In this document: piece after piece, positions 11,536-20,834 of the stretch
Position numbering within the stretch: position 1 is the first letter of the stretch
Layout: each line of letters opens with the position of its first letter
Source: a virus
Length of the DNA stretch: 64,000 bases
Reading direction: 5' to 3' (one strand)
IMG/VR virus record: IMGVR_UViG_3300037358_000003
Coordinates: 37,773 to 101,772 of that record
Notes under the pieces: model-generated
Seen by the model: only the letters and a program-made list of their open reading frames with translations
Told to the model about the DNA's origin: nothing
Database searches by the model: none
Made by a program: the position numbers and the translations under genes

Positions 11536-11569
11536 TTGACATATTCGCATAAAAGCGCATAATAGAGAT
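11536..11569 (+). promoter_or_regulatory. promoter, leaderless mRNA
   Basis: TTGACA(11536)-N16-CATAAT(11558)-N6-ATG(11570). Confidence 0.78.
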
Positions 11570-11827
11570 ATGACCACCACCCAAACCACCGAAGCCCTTC
11601 AAATCCCCACCTACAGCGGCGTCATCACCATTGAGTCGGGTGCTGCCCACCTGACCTCCAACGGTCGCCACGTGGGGTTCATTGACCTCACCACCCCCAT
11701 CACCCACGCCGACCACGGCGACTGGGTTGCCGTTGCCCACAACTCCACCGGCGCCTTCCGCGTCTCAATGACCGAGTTGGCAGCGGTCATTCTTTCTCAG
11801 GCCCTTCACCTGGAGATGGGGGCGTGA
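11570..11827 (+). CDS. leaderless hypothetical protein (MTTTQTT...)
   Basis: ATG at TSS; C-rich third codon positions. Confidence 0.75.
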   Translation: MTTTQTTEALQIPTYSGVITIESGAAHLTSNGRHVGFIDLTTPITHADHGDWVAVAHNSTGAFRVSMTELAAVILSQALHLEMGA

Positions 11828-13057
11828 GGTCCGAGGCTGATCAAATAGCGTTTCTAAACGATTGTTTAAACAAGGTGGACGCTACGGTGGAGAGAATCAC
11901 GATGGAGCGAGACAAATGGCGACGACTGCTGGTGGATGCCGTAGGTGAAGACGTGGCCGAGATGAAGTACCGTTCGGATGCTTGAGATCCCAACCAGTCG
12001 GTGGGATGAACATGATGGGTCCGTAGAGTACGGATGGCGAAGTGACCACGGTATTGCATACATCGGTAGCCGAGAAAACGTGGTTGGGTGGGCTGCTGGA
12101 CTCACTGACCATATCGTGGCCCTTGTGCCGCTGGCCGAGTACGATCAGATGATGAACGAGAGATGGCAGGACGACTGTGAGTGTGGCCATGGACGCTGGC
12201 AACACCGCCCCAAGTGCGGAGCGTGGCCCGTTGATCCAGCGTGTGGATGCGCGGAGTTTCGGGAGGTCATCATTACTGATGACTGAGATCCCAGACCGCG
12301 CACTCAACTACATGCCAGATATTCCGATTCCGGTCGATTTTCGACACAAATCCGAAGTGTCTGCATGTAGTCACGATGAAGTGATCCAAGTGAACGTAGG
12401 CATTTGGAAGTGTCAAGATTGTTCTGTTCCGTTTGTCCCGGGCCAGACAGAAGAACTACCGTGGTACCAATGCCCGATCCACCCGGATCTTCTATGTTCA
12501 CTTCATGATAACTACTGTATTCATTTCAACGGAGAGGGCGGACCTGGGTGCGATTGCGCGTTGCCTCGCCGTCTGGCCGAGCATGTCGGGAATCTACGTG
12601 CAGAGCCGTTCGGCACCCCCGACCAACCCGAAGGCGATCCTGATTGGGGTCCACATCGTGTCTGAAATCCCAGACGGGGCACGGGAGAAAATGGCACGAT
12701 GGCTATGCGACCGCAGTAGCCTCTCATTCGATGATTGCAGTGTTAGTGAGCAGGAGAAGTGGTTGTGGGAGGCAGAGTTCACGATCTGCAAGGTACTAAG
12801 GTTGTGCGATGAATTCTGAGGTCCAGTTCGTCGGGTTTCATCTGGACTTCTTTGTTGGCGAGCGCGTCACCGTGCGTATAGAATCAAATGGAGATGTCAG
12901 ATATGTAGGGGGTGCCGTGACATCTAAGTCCGTTGACGGGAACTACTGGACGACGAGTGTAGATTGCGACGATGGATCGTCTGTGGATGTTCGTGAGTAC
13001 GTCGTCATGGCACCCCGTGTCTGAAATGTCTACTATTAGTGCAAGTTGTCCACAGGG

Positions 13058-13092
13058 TTGACAGTTGGGGATTAAAGGCGCATAATCCATAT
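13058..13092 (+). promoter_or_regulatory. promoter, leaderless mRNA
   Basis: TTGACA(13058)-N17-CATAAT(13081)-N6-ATG(13093). Confidence 0.82.
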
Positions 13093-13470
13093 ATGACCAT
13101 TACAGACATCCCCATCTACCTGCGTAACCCAATTCACCGCCCAGTCCATGAGATCGTTCCGATCCCAGGCCATTCGCGTGACGAGTACGGCTCCGGTCGG
13201 GCCAACTCCATCTGCGGTTGGTGCCACAGAGCGTCCGGCGTCTACAAGGACATTCAGACCTGCATCGACAGACTGGTAGAGCACCACCTGAACGACTGCG
13301 ACGGAGAGCAGGTGCCCAGCGTCATGATCGTGGGTCCGCCCGACTCCCGCAGGTCCGAATTCGCTCCCAACTACGAGATCGTGGACGGTCACGCCTGCCA
13401 CATCAGTTGGTGCAGGGCATTCAACGACTTTTACCCGCACGTCGGGGACGCCTACAACAGCTACGCCTAG
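13093..13470 (+). CDS. leaderless Cys/His-containing hypothetical protein
   Basis: Start reassigned to the ATG at the TSS; followed by a GC-rich hairpin. Confidence 0.75.
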   Translation: MTITDIPIYLRNPIHRPVHEIVPIPGHSRDEYGSGRANSICGWCHRASGVYKDIQTCIDRLVEHHLNDCDGEQVPSVMIVGPPDSRRSEFAPNYEIVDGHACHISWCRAFNDFYPHVGDAYNSYA

Positions 13471-13847
13471 CATTGCCACCACGGTTGGCGTATCGGGGAT
13501 CGTTCCCCCGGCGTGGCACCATGAGTGAAGACAACCCGCCAGTCAGCGACACGCTGGTCAACTTCTGCCAATGCGAACCAGACTCCCACTGGACGACTGG
13601 TTCAGATGGCGGTGATATGCGGACGGATTGTCAATGTCGATGCCTTACCTGTCAGGAATTTTGACGAGATGACGAACATTGATCCTGACTACGTGATCCA
13701 ATTGCAACGCGCAGCTTGGGTTGCTCGTGACTGTTTACGTTCGTACCTCAAATATGGGGATTGGGATGAGCACGCAGATTACGGAACGCAGGCCGCATTT
13801 GATGCCCTGTCTGACGCACTGATACCCGATGACGAAAATGTAGAGAG

Positions 13848-13882
13848 TTGACAACCGTGTCGTGTGAGTATTAAATAGAGAT
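13848..13882 (+). promoter_or_regulatory. promoter, leaderless mRNA
   Basis: TTGACA(13848)-N17-TTAAAT-N6-ATG(13883). Confidence 0.65.
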
Positions 13883-14145
13883 ATGACCAAAACGACCGCC
13901 ACCCCAACATCGCACGACGATGAGTCTCCGTGTCAGCACTGCCAGTTTCCAGTTGAAGCTAACATGGGTCAGGCTGGTGGTCCGTTTCCTTACGTTCACT
14001 CCATGACGGGACAGGCGTTTTGCAAGGACGAGCAGAAGTCCCTGAAAGATGCATTTCCTCCGAAGATTGAAGGCAGATCCCACGGAATGTCCGCCAGCGA
14101 GGTGCGGAAGGCCATTGCGACCAGCGAGCGCGCATACAGGAAAAT

Positions 14146-14514
14146 GTGATGAGTTGGGACGCGTGGCTGACAAAGGATTGCGGCATTCGTCCATGTGACG
14201 AACAATCTCACGTCTTAGGCGATTGGAACTACACCCACAACACCAGCAAAATGATTTACGGGGTGTTGATGCAGACGAACGACTATGACACGACTCCCGG
14301 CCCGTGGTGGAATCTCCTGAATGGCATGAATGGTGCCGAAGGTGGACGCTATCTCGACACCATTATTCGTGGACTAGAGGCCGATCCGCAGAAGTTTGAG
14401 GCGTGGAATCCCGAGAACAAGTGGGGAAGTTACGATGGTTTGTTGGGCGTACTCAGAGAGATGCACAAGGCGTGCATCATCGAACAACCAACGATCTGGG
14501 GTGCCTGTGGATAA
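14146..14514 (+). CDS. conserved-looking phage hypothetical protein
   Basis: NYTHN...LNGMNG...NPENKWGSY. Confidence 0.75.
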   Translation: MMSWDAWLTKDCGIRPCDEQSHVLGDWNYTHNTSKMIYGVLMQTNDYDTTPGPWWNLLNGMNGAEGGRYLDTIIRGLEADPQKFEAWNPENKWGSYDGLLGVLREMHKACIIEQPTIWGACG

Positions 14515-15693
14515 CCCGCGGGAATATCAACCAATTACGACGCACCATCCAGTAGTGTGTGAATCTGGACTGACGTGGAGGGAACTGGCCTCACAGCCCA
14601 AAGACTTGCTAGTGGAAATGACTGACGAGCAAATCGAACAGATCAGGGAGCGGATGGCCGAGAACGCACCGTGTCGGTACGACCGTGACCACGGAGGCCA
14701 TTGGGTTCGCGACCAGCAGGGAACGAACCGTTGGTGTGACGGGATACGTCCACAGGAGGGCCAGTGAGAATCGAATGGTGAATCCCGTGGCCTTACTGCG
14801 TGATATGCGACGACGGGGACTCTCCCTGGTGAGCAAGAACGGACATTTCCGAGGTAAGACCTACATCACATTGGGTGGAGAGAGATGGCAAGGTGTCCAC
14901 TCTCCAGATCGGTGTAGTGGCGACGTTTGTGTTATCCACAATCCGAGCCAGCACCACATGCGTCAGTGGCCCATGCACCTGCGGGATACTGGGTTAATTG
15001 AGCGGATTTGCGAACATGGAGTGGGCCATCCGGACCCCGACAGTTGGCCGTTCTTCGATAGAATGTACGGTCATGAACCCGGCACATGGTCGATTCATGG
15101 ATGTTGCGGTTGCTGTCGTGCCGACTGATGATCCAACCACAGAGGCGATCAACAGAGTTGTGAAGCTGAACGTACTCTGGCACGAGGGTCGTATTCAGGC
15201 GAGCGACTATATCGGCTTGATTGATCTCATCCATACGTGGTGGCGAAAGAGTCTGCGTGACTGACGAACCTGAGTCGTGTCCGGACTGCGGGCATCCGAT
15301 GCAGGATGACGATGGCTGTTCATGGCCATACTGTCCCGATTGCATCGAGGGTGAGTACCCGTGGTGAGTGGTGAGGATATCATCAACGAGTGGTTCTTGT
15401 ACGCCATGACTGGCGACAAGGATGCGACCGTGACGATCTTATTGAAACAACTGCGAGGATCTATGCCAACTGACGATTCCAATCTTGCGCGTGTACTGCG
15501 AGCGTTACTGTCTGCTGGTGACGTGACGATTGAAGCTGTCGAAGCTGGCGGATTGGGTAATCGGCGCACAGGCTACAGACTGACCGTGAACTCATCGGTC
15601 GTCGTGGACGCTCAACATATTCAGGCCATCAAGCACTATGGAATAGTGGAGGGTATGTAACGGATCACCCTTGGGCTTGAAAATCGCCCAGCA

Positions 15694-15815
15694 TCTGACT
15701 GACGCCCCGAGCGTCACGGATCTGTCTAGTCGGGTAGACAGAGACCAGTCAGAGAGCGACGGAGGCGGTTAGTCCACCAAACTAATCAGAGAGACGTTCG
15801 ACCAAGAGCGTCCGT
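15694..15815 (+). promoter_or_regulatory. structured leader upstream of Rpf-like gene
   Basis: TCTGACTG/CAGTCAGA closes GACGC/GCGTC and TCTGTCTA/TAGACAGA hairpins; a second junction ends just before the SD GGGGAGG. Confidence 0.5.
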
Positions 15816-15829
15816 CCGAAAGGGGAGGC

Positions 15830-16306
15830 GTGAATATCCGCGCTCTAATCGTAGCCGCTGCAATGGCTGTTTCCGTTATCTTCGTATCGTCTATATTGTC
15901 TAGTCCACTAGACAAGATCCACAAAGCACCAATGGCACTCGTCAGAGAGGCTGACCTAGCGGATATCGTACCCACTACATTGGCGTCTACGCTCGATCCT
16001 CGCCGTAATGCGGGAATACAACAAAGCAGGAGTACCGTGACGCCTACGACGACCCTGGCGCCCTCTGACGCCACCTCAGTTGATACGTCAGACTGGGCGT
16101 GTATCCGATTCAATGAGTCCAGGGACAACTATGGCGAACAGGGTGGCGGTGCGTATCAGTTTGAAGACGGTACGTGGCAGACCATCACTGGCCTACCTGG
16201 CTCGGCGGAGGACTATTCGCCAGCGATACAGGATGCCGCTGCGCTGAAGCTCTACGCTGAACGTGGGTGGGAGCCGTGGACGACTAGATACGTGTGCGGG
16301 CTGTAA
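15830..16306 (+). CDS. secreted Rpf-like transglycosylase
   Basis: N-terminal signal/TM; DWACIRFNES (catalytic E), GAYQF..GTW, QDAAA..LYA..GWEPW. Confidence 0.88.
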   Translation: MNIRALIVAAAMAVSVIFVSSILSSPLDKIHKAPMALVREADLADIVPTTLASTLDPRRNAGIQQSRSTVTPTTTLAPSDATSVDTSDWACIRFNESRDNYGEQGGGAYQFEDGTWQTITGLPGSAEDYSPAIQDAAALKLYAERGWEPWTTRYVCGL

Positions 16307-16309
16307 CTC

Positions 16310-16344
16310 TTGACATTTTCGCCCCATTCCTATTTAATGGACTG
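16310..16344 (+). promoter_or_regulatory. promoter, leaderless mRNA
   Basis: TTGACA(16310)-N17-TTTAAT-N6-ATG(16345). Confidence 0.65.
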
Positions 16345-16526
16345 ATGATGAATCAGTCCCGCGCAGGGATACTCATGGTGGACCCTGGAAGTGATGATGC
16401 CAGGCGATGCCGTGACGAGATATTGGTGCTGACACTGCGGCTGCAAAACGAAAGGAACCCAGCTACAGCTGTCATTCTTGGTGCGGCGATTGATTCCCTG
16501 TTCGATGATTACTTCGGGGAGATGAT

Positions 16527-16799
16527 GTGTTCGTAATGCTCGCTACAGCCTACTACTCAGACACGTTCGACAACTACCTTCGTGGCGTCGTTCTTTGTCT
16601 GGCAATCATTGCACTTGGTGTAGCCATTGTTGTGTTCGTGCGACTCAAATACCGCAGGGACAACAGACCGCCGTTTAAGCAGCCGTCACACGTTGCGTCC
16701 GTCAAGATGCCATACGATCAGGACTTCGGCCATAGTGTGCTGGACTGGGATCATGTTCCCGTCGAGTGGTACGCACAACACGCCAAGAGCGAGTCGTGA
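16527..16799 (+). CDS. single-pass membrane protein
   Basis: Hydrophobic segment GVVLCLAIIALGVAIVVFV. Confidence 0.65.
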   Translation: MFVMLATAYYSDTFDNYLRGVVLCLAIIALGVAIVVFVRLKYRRDNRPPFKQPSHVASVKMPYDQDFGHSVLDWDHVPVEWYAQHAKSES

Positions 16800-17712
16800 G
16801 CGCATTAGAGATTACCGCAAGAGCGCTGTACGCGTGGGATCTGCGACGATACGCAGGAATTGATGTGCCCGACTTTTCCTTACTCAATGACGGCGGTAAG
16901 GAGCAATATCGCGAGCAGGCATCAGCAGTGTTGGACGCCATTCATTTTGAGAACGTGCTGCGTGGAGCGCAGGAGTTGCTGGACTCAATGGACGTACTTG
17001 ATGAAATGGGGATTCTGTGAGCTATTACCCAGCCGGATCAGACACGAAAATGGCGCCGTGGAATGAAGAACAATCGGAGTCGCTGCAAGACGTGTACTGC
17101 GATACGTGCGATCTGACGTGGCCCGATATGGAGATAACGTGGTCAAATCAGAGCGACTATGGCTACACTGATTGCCCGGGCTGCGGGACTGAACTTGAGA
17201 TAAAACCGCTGGAAAGGGACGAGGGCTGGTGAGCAAGTTGCGGTGGTTGCGACTCAAGATATTCGGCATCCCGCGCGCTGACGTGAGGCGCGTGCGCGAG
17301 ACGTTAAAGAAGCGTGACCCTGTTGCGATCTTGATCGACCTGGAGCCAGTCGTGCAAGATGCCGTCACATTCAGGGTACACGACGTAACTGCGCCCATTG
17401 AGGAGTCGCCGGAGATGGTACGGTGGAACGAGTACGCCATTCGCAAGGAGATACGAGCGGAGATTGTGCGACAGTTGGTGCCCGTGGTGATTGAAGTGTT
17501 GGAATGGTGACGTAGTGGTCATGCTTGGTACCAGTGATCAGTGTTGGGCTGCACTTGAGTCCGAGAAGAGTTTGATGTGTGGTGCGCCTGTCGTGAATGA
17601 TCTTGGTTTGTGTCAGCGTCATTTGGATGAGATGGCTGCGGACGCAACAATGCCCGGTCCCCAACAAGAGAGTCAGGGACCGGGCTAATCGCTTGTCTTT
17701 GATGCGTGTGTG

Positions 17713-17928
17713 TTACTTGGTGAAAACGGCCTTCAGCTTGGCGCTGGCGTAGGGTTGAATTGCCTTAACGATGGCTGTGACAATGGCACTGGCACCGATG
17801 ATCCAACCAATGTAAGGTGCGCCGAGGTGGACCGACGTAGCAACGTTCAGGACAACGGCCAAAACCGCTGACACGGAAACCGCCACGATCAGTACGTCCG
17901 TCAGTAGTGTTTTCAGGTTGATCTTCAT
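17713..17928 (-). CDS. small 2-TM protein, possible holin
   Basis: Two TM helices and basic C-terminus; last gene of the late operon. Confidence 0.55.
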   Translation of the reverse strand: MKINLKTLLTDVLIVAVSVSAVLAVVLNVATSVHLGAPYIGWIIGASAIVTAIVKAIQPYASAKLKAVFTK

Positions 17929-18311
17929 GCGCTTCCTTTACTTAGTAAATGACTGATGCACCTGGCGACATTCTCCGTAGCCAACTCGTTGAGTTTTGCA
18001 TAGCGGTCCTGCTGCTTGGGTGACATCGACAGCCATATGCTTGCGTTGAGACAGTGTACGAGTTCATGCACTGCTGCCAATTGGAGATCAGCATCAGTCA
18101 TGGTGGCTGCTTGAACAAGGCTCCACTTGAAGGATGCTTGGCGATATTCCCAGTCGCAAACGGTGGTGCATATCACGCGATCTTCGGTGCCAGTGTCGAA
18201 CGCATTCGTGACCTTGAGCCAACCAATGTCCATCTGCTCGACTAGACGATCCATTAGGTCGCGTATGCGCTGCTCGATTTCGTCCTGGTCGCGAATATGT
18301 GACTTGCTCAT
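17925..18311 (-). CDS. HExxH-containing hypothetical protein
   Basis: AVHELVHC motif followed by NE. Confidence 0.6.
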   Translation of the reverse strand: MSKSHIRDQDEIEQRIRDLMDRLVEQMDIGWLKVTNAFDTGTEDRVICTTVCDWEYRQASFKWSLVQAATMTDADLQLAAVHELVHCLNASIWLSMSPKQQDRYAKLNELATENVARCISHLLSKGSA

Positions 18312-19147
18312 GCGTCTTTCATGAATCTGCTAACTGGTGCGCCAGCGTACCTGCGCGCAAGGAAGTCTAGCGATACTTCCATGAGATCAAAGTTGCCTGC
18401 ACGCACCTCATGGAACACGAGGATGCCACGCCATTCATCCGTCGCCTGTGGACCGCGATAGTCCTCGTTGTGCAAGTAACAACTCCCAGCGATGATCGCA
18501 CGTTGACGACCACCCGCTACGGATCTTTGTGCTGATTGCAAACCCTGCTGATGGCCTTGAACGAAGGTATGGCCCACGGACTTCAAACGAGTCTCAGCCA
18601 TGCCCGAATACGCACGCCCAGTGTTCGGCTGATAGAAGTAGTGACTATATGCTACGCCATCAAGCCACAGAATATTGAGGAAATCGTGAACTTGCCAGCC
18701 GTGTTGCTTGTAGTTCAAATGATCCAAACTCAAGATGCCGTCTAGTTTCGGTTCATCCTCAATGGCGCGGGTGATGCGGTTCTCGTGATTGCCGATCAGT
18801 ATGTGTCGCTCCGGCCACCACTGACGCTCCTTGTTTTTGCGACGCTTTTCGTTGAACTCAATCAGGGGAGCATTCAATTTGTCAAATGCTTTGTTAGCAG
18901 CCTCAAGGTCGGCAAGATAACGCTTGCCCTCCATCGTCTTGCTGCCCTTTTTGTCGTAGCTGCTCAAGCTGGACATGTCAGCGTGATCGCCTAAATGGAT
19001 GATGCGAACGTTGTTGTCGTCGTGCCAACGGTCTACGATATACTGACCGATCCAGTCAAAGTGTTTGGTCGGCGTTCCGACAGCCACCTGAGTGTCTGGG
19101 ATGACAACGTGAGTTACGCTACCCTGATCTGCCAATGGGACTCCCAT
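18308..19147 (-). CDS. calcineurin-like metallophosphoesterase
   Basis: VIPDTQ, HLGDHAD, GNHE, YSH, QGH motifs. Confidence 0.9.
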   Translation of the reverse strand: MGVPLADQGSVTHVVIPDTQVAVGTPTKHFDWIGQYIVDRWHDDNNVRIIHLGDHADMSSLSSYDKKGSKTMEGKRYLADLEAANKAFDKLNAPLIEFNEKRRKNKERQWWPERHILIGNHENRITRAIEDEPKLDGILSLDHLNYKQHGWQVHDFLNILWLDGVAYSHYFYQPNTGRAYSGMAETRLKSVGHTFVQGHQQGLQSAQRSVAGGRQRAIIAGSCYLHNEDYRGPQATDEWRGILVFHEVRAGNFDLMEVSLDFLARRYAGAPVSRFMKDA

Positions 19148-19230
19148 CGCTCATAAATACACGCTTGTAGTTCACACTAGCAAGTGCTATGATGCAGCGC
19201 AACCTTTGGATTTGACGAGAGGATCATTTA

Positions 19231-20304
19231 ATGCTAGGCGGACATGCTCACCAAGGACAGAAGCGCATTCTGCTTGCAATCGTCATTGCAGGCGCTCTCG
19301 CAATAGCAGGTGTCGTCGCACTCACCATAGGCTACGGAGTACCGCCTAAAATGCCCCGTACCGTCACGACTTCCACGATGGCTACCACAACTCTGCCAAC
19401 GTCTATTTCTGCGCCCACAACGACGACTGGCACGAGCGAAAGCCAGCCTATTACGACGAGCCAATCAGGTCACGTCAACGCGTCAAAAGTGACAGAAACG
19501 ACGGTCCCGAGAACACCAGCCACGGTGACGAAAACCGCAGTGAGCGTGACGCCCGCACCACCGCCCGTTCTCTCGGCACCGACCACGACGACGGTGTCGA
19601 ACGCACCCGTCATCACTTACAGCGCCTACGTCGATCCAAGGTACACGCAAAGTGCGACGAACCCACTTGCGGCAACGTTTAGTTACAGTGCTGGAGCGTC
19701 AACTAGCGACAATGGTGTCAACGTTGAACTCGCATCATTGCCAAGTGGCACGTTGAGTCTGATGAGTGATGGGAGCGTTGAGTGCACCATGAATGTCGGC
19801 GTGCAGGTGAGTGGCAGCAGTTGCCCCGTGACGTACGCTACGTTTGGATCGTATGTCATTACGGCGGAGTACACCGAGGAGTCCAACGTGTATACAAGTG
19901 CGACGGACACTGACGCTATCGCTCCGTACTCGACTACCACTGTTGCGGTCATCAAAGGCGGCGGCTCAGAGGGCGGATTGTTGTTCGACGCCGACGTGAC
20001 CGATAGCAACGGCAACGCTGTCACGACAGGCACGGTATCCATGACTGTTACAGATGTAACGCAAGGATGGTCGTATGTCGTGACTGGCGCTCAGGGAATG
20101 GATGGAGCCGACCAGACTGCGTTCAGTTGCATCTTTATCGAGAACTACCCGAAGGTCGGTGATTATAGTGGCTGCGGCCTACAGGGACAGATTCAAGTCA
20201 CGCCGGGAACGGGCGATGAACTCACGCTTGTTGCGACGTACGTCGGAACTGTGGATTGGACCGGATCAGCGTCGTCAACCACCACGTACACGATGCCATC
20301 ATAG
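19231..20304 (+). CDS. membrane-anchored S/T/P-rich protein with Ig-like domains
   Basis: N-terminal TM, long Thr/Ser/Pro linker, beta-rich C-terminus; opposite strand to its neighbours. Confidence 0.75.
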   Translation: MLGGHAHQGQKRILLAIVIAGALAIAGVVALTIGYGVPPKMPRTVTTSTMATTTLPTSISAPTTTTGTSESQPITTSQSGHVNASKVTETTVPRTPATVTKTAVSVTPAPPPVLSAPTTTTVSNAPVITYSAYVDPRYTQSATNPLAATFSYSAGASTSDNGVNVELASLPSGTLSLMSDGSVECTMNVGVQVSGSSCPVTYATFGSYVITAEYTEESNVYTSATDTDAIAPYSTTTVAVIKGGGSEGGLLFDADVTDSNGNAVTTGTVSMTVTDVTQGWSYVVTGAQGMDGADQTAFSCIFIENYPKVGDYSGCGLQGQIQVTPGTGDELTLVATYVGTVDWTGSASSTTTYTMPS

Positions 20305-20306
20305 CA

Positions 20307-20825
20307 TCACTGCGAACCGACGAAGAACACGTGCAGGAACGTGGAGTAAGCATTGTTCTGCGTGGACAGTGTGGCAGACGCTCCCTGGACGGCGACGAGG
20401 CCCAACGTATCGCTCGCGGAACATGCCACCAACCCGCCGCCGGATGAACCGGGAAATGTGGTTGCGGTTGGTACGGTGGACCCCTGGATCACGACACTAC
20501 CGTTGTGATATACGGAGCAGTTCATGTCGTTAGCGCCGGGGCTGCCGGAACCGCCAACTTGGACCGCAAACTGAACAGAGTAGACGCCTGTGAGTGGGAC
20601 GATCACATTGTTGCTGGACACGGAAAAGCCGTAACCGTCAGCGGTGATGCCGCCAAGGGAGATTTGTGTTGGCGTGCCGTCTGTGAGTGAGGTACTGACT
20701 GAGTTGTATGCGAGAATATACGGCACTTGATAGAGAAAGGTCTCATTGTTGGCTACGCCATTCCAGTCCGTTACCGAGAGCACGTCTCCCGAAACATGAG
20801 TTACCGGGGATGTCCATGATGCCAT
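20307..20825 (-). CDS. minor tail protein (C1q/TNF-like beta domain)
   Basis: WTSP...GDVL...WN N-terminus; VP.TGVYSV pattern; follows the large minor tail gene. Confidence 0.7.
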   Translation of the reverse strand: MASWTSPVTHVSGDVLSVTDWNGVANNETFLYQVPYILAYNSVSTSLTDGTPTQISLGGITADGYGFSVSSNNVIVPLTGVYSVQFAVQVGGSGSPGANDMNCSVYHNGSVVIQGSTVPTATTFPGSSGGGLVACSASDTLGLVAVQGASATLSTQNNAYSTFLHVFFVGSQ

Positions 20826-20834
20826 TTTTTTCTC

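Larger units (their letters stand above)
203..14542 (+). repeat. Dispersed 26/27-bp imperfect palindrome (A)TGTCTGAAW-N8-WTTCAGACA, about 17 copies at gene junctions
   Basis: Copies start at 203, 643, 1228, 2973, 3283, 3883, 4142, 4806, 5555, 5779, 6147, 7102, 7488, 7983, 10303, 13017, 14516, e.g. 2973 ATGAGCGAAAGTACAGATATTCAGACA and 3883 ATGTCTGAAAAGACAAGTATTCAGCCA. Some copies (1228, 7102, 7983, 14516) are degenerate. Confidence 0.85.

Noticed and set aside
12658-12684. Additional palindrome copies at 1385, 9727, 12658 and 13521
   Set aside because: Only the left arm (MSE-like start) is present, so they were not counted.
203-14542. CRISPR array interpretation of the 27-bp repeats
   Set aside because: Copies are degenerate, separated by whole genes (hundreds to thousands of bp), and no cas genes are present.
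203-14542. XerCD dif/pdif sites
   Set aside because: The spacer is 8 bp rather than 6 and the arms lack the ATAA/TTATG dif core.
15672-15829. c-di-AMP (ydaO) riboswitch before the Rpf-like gene
   Set aside because: The characteristic GCTGAA / GGGGGA.C / TGGGGTGAAT elements were not found.
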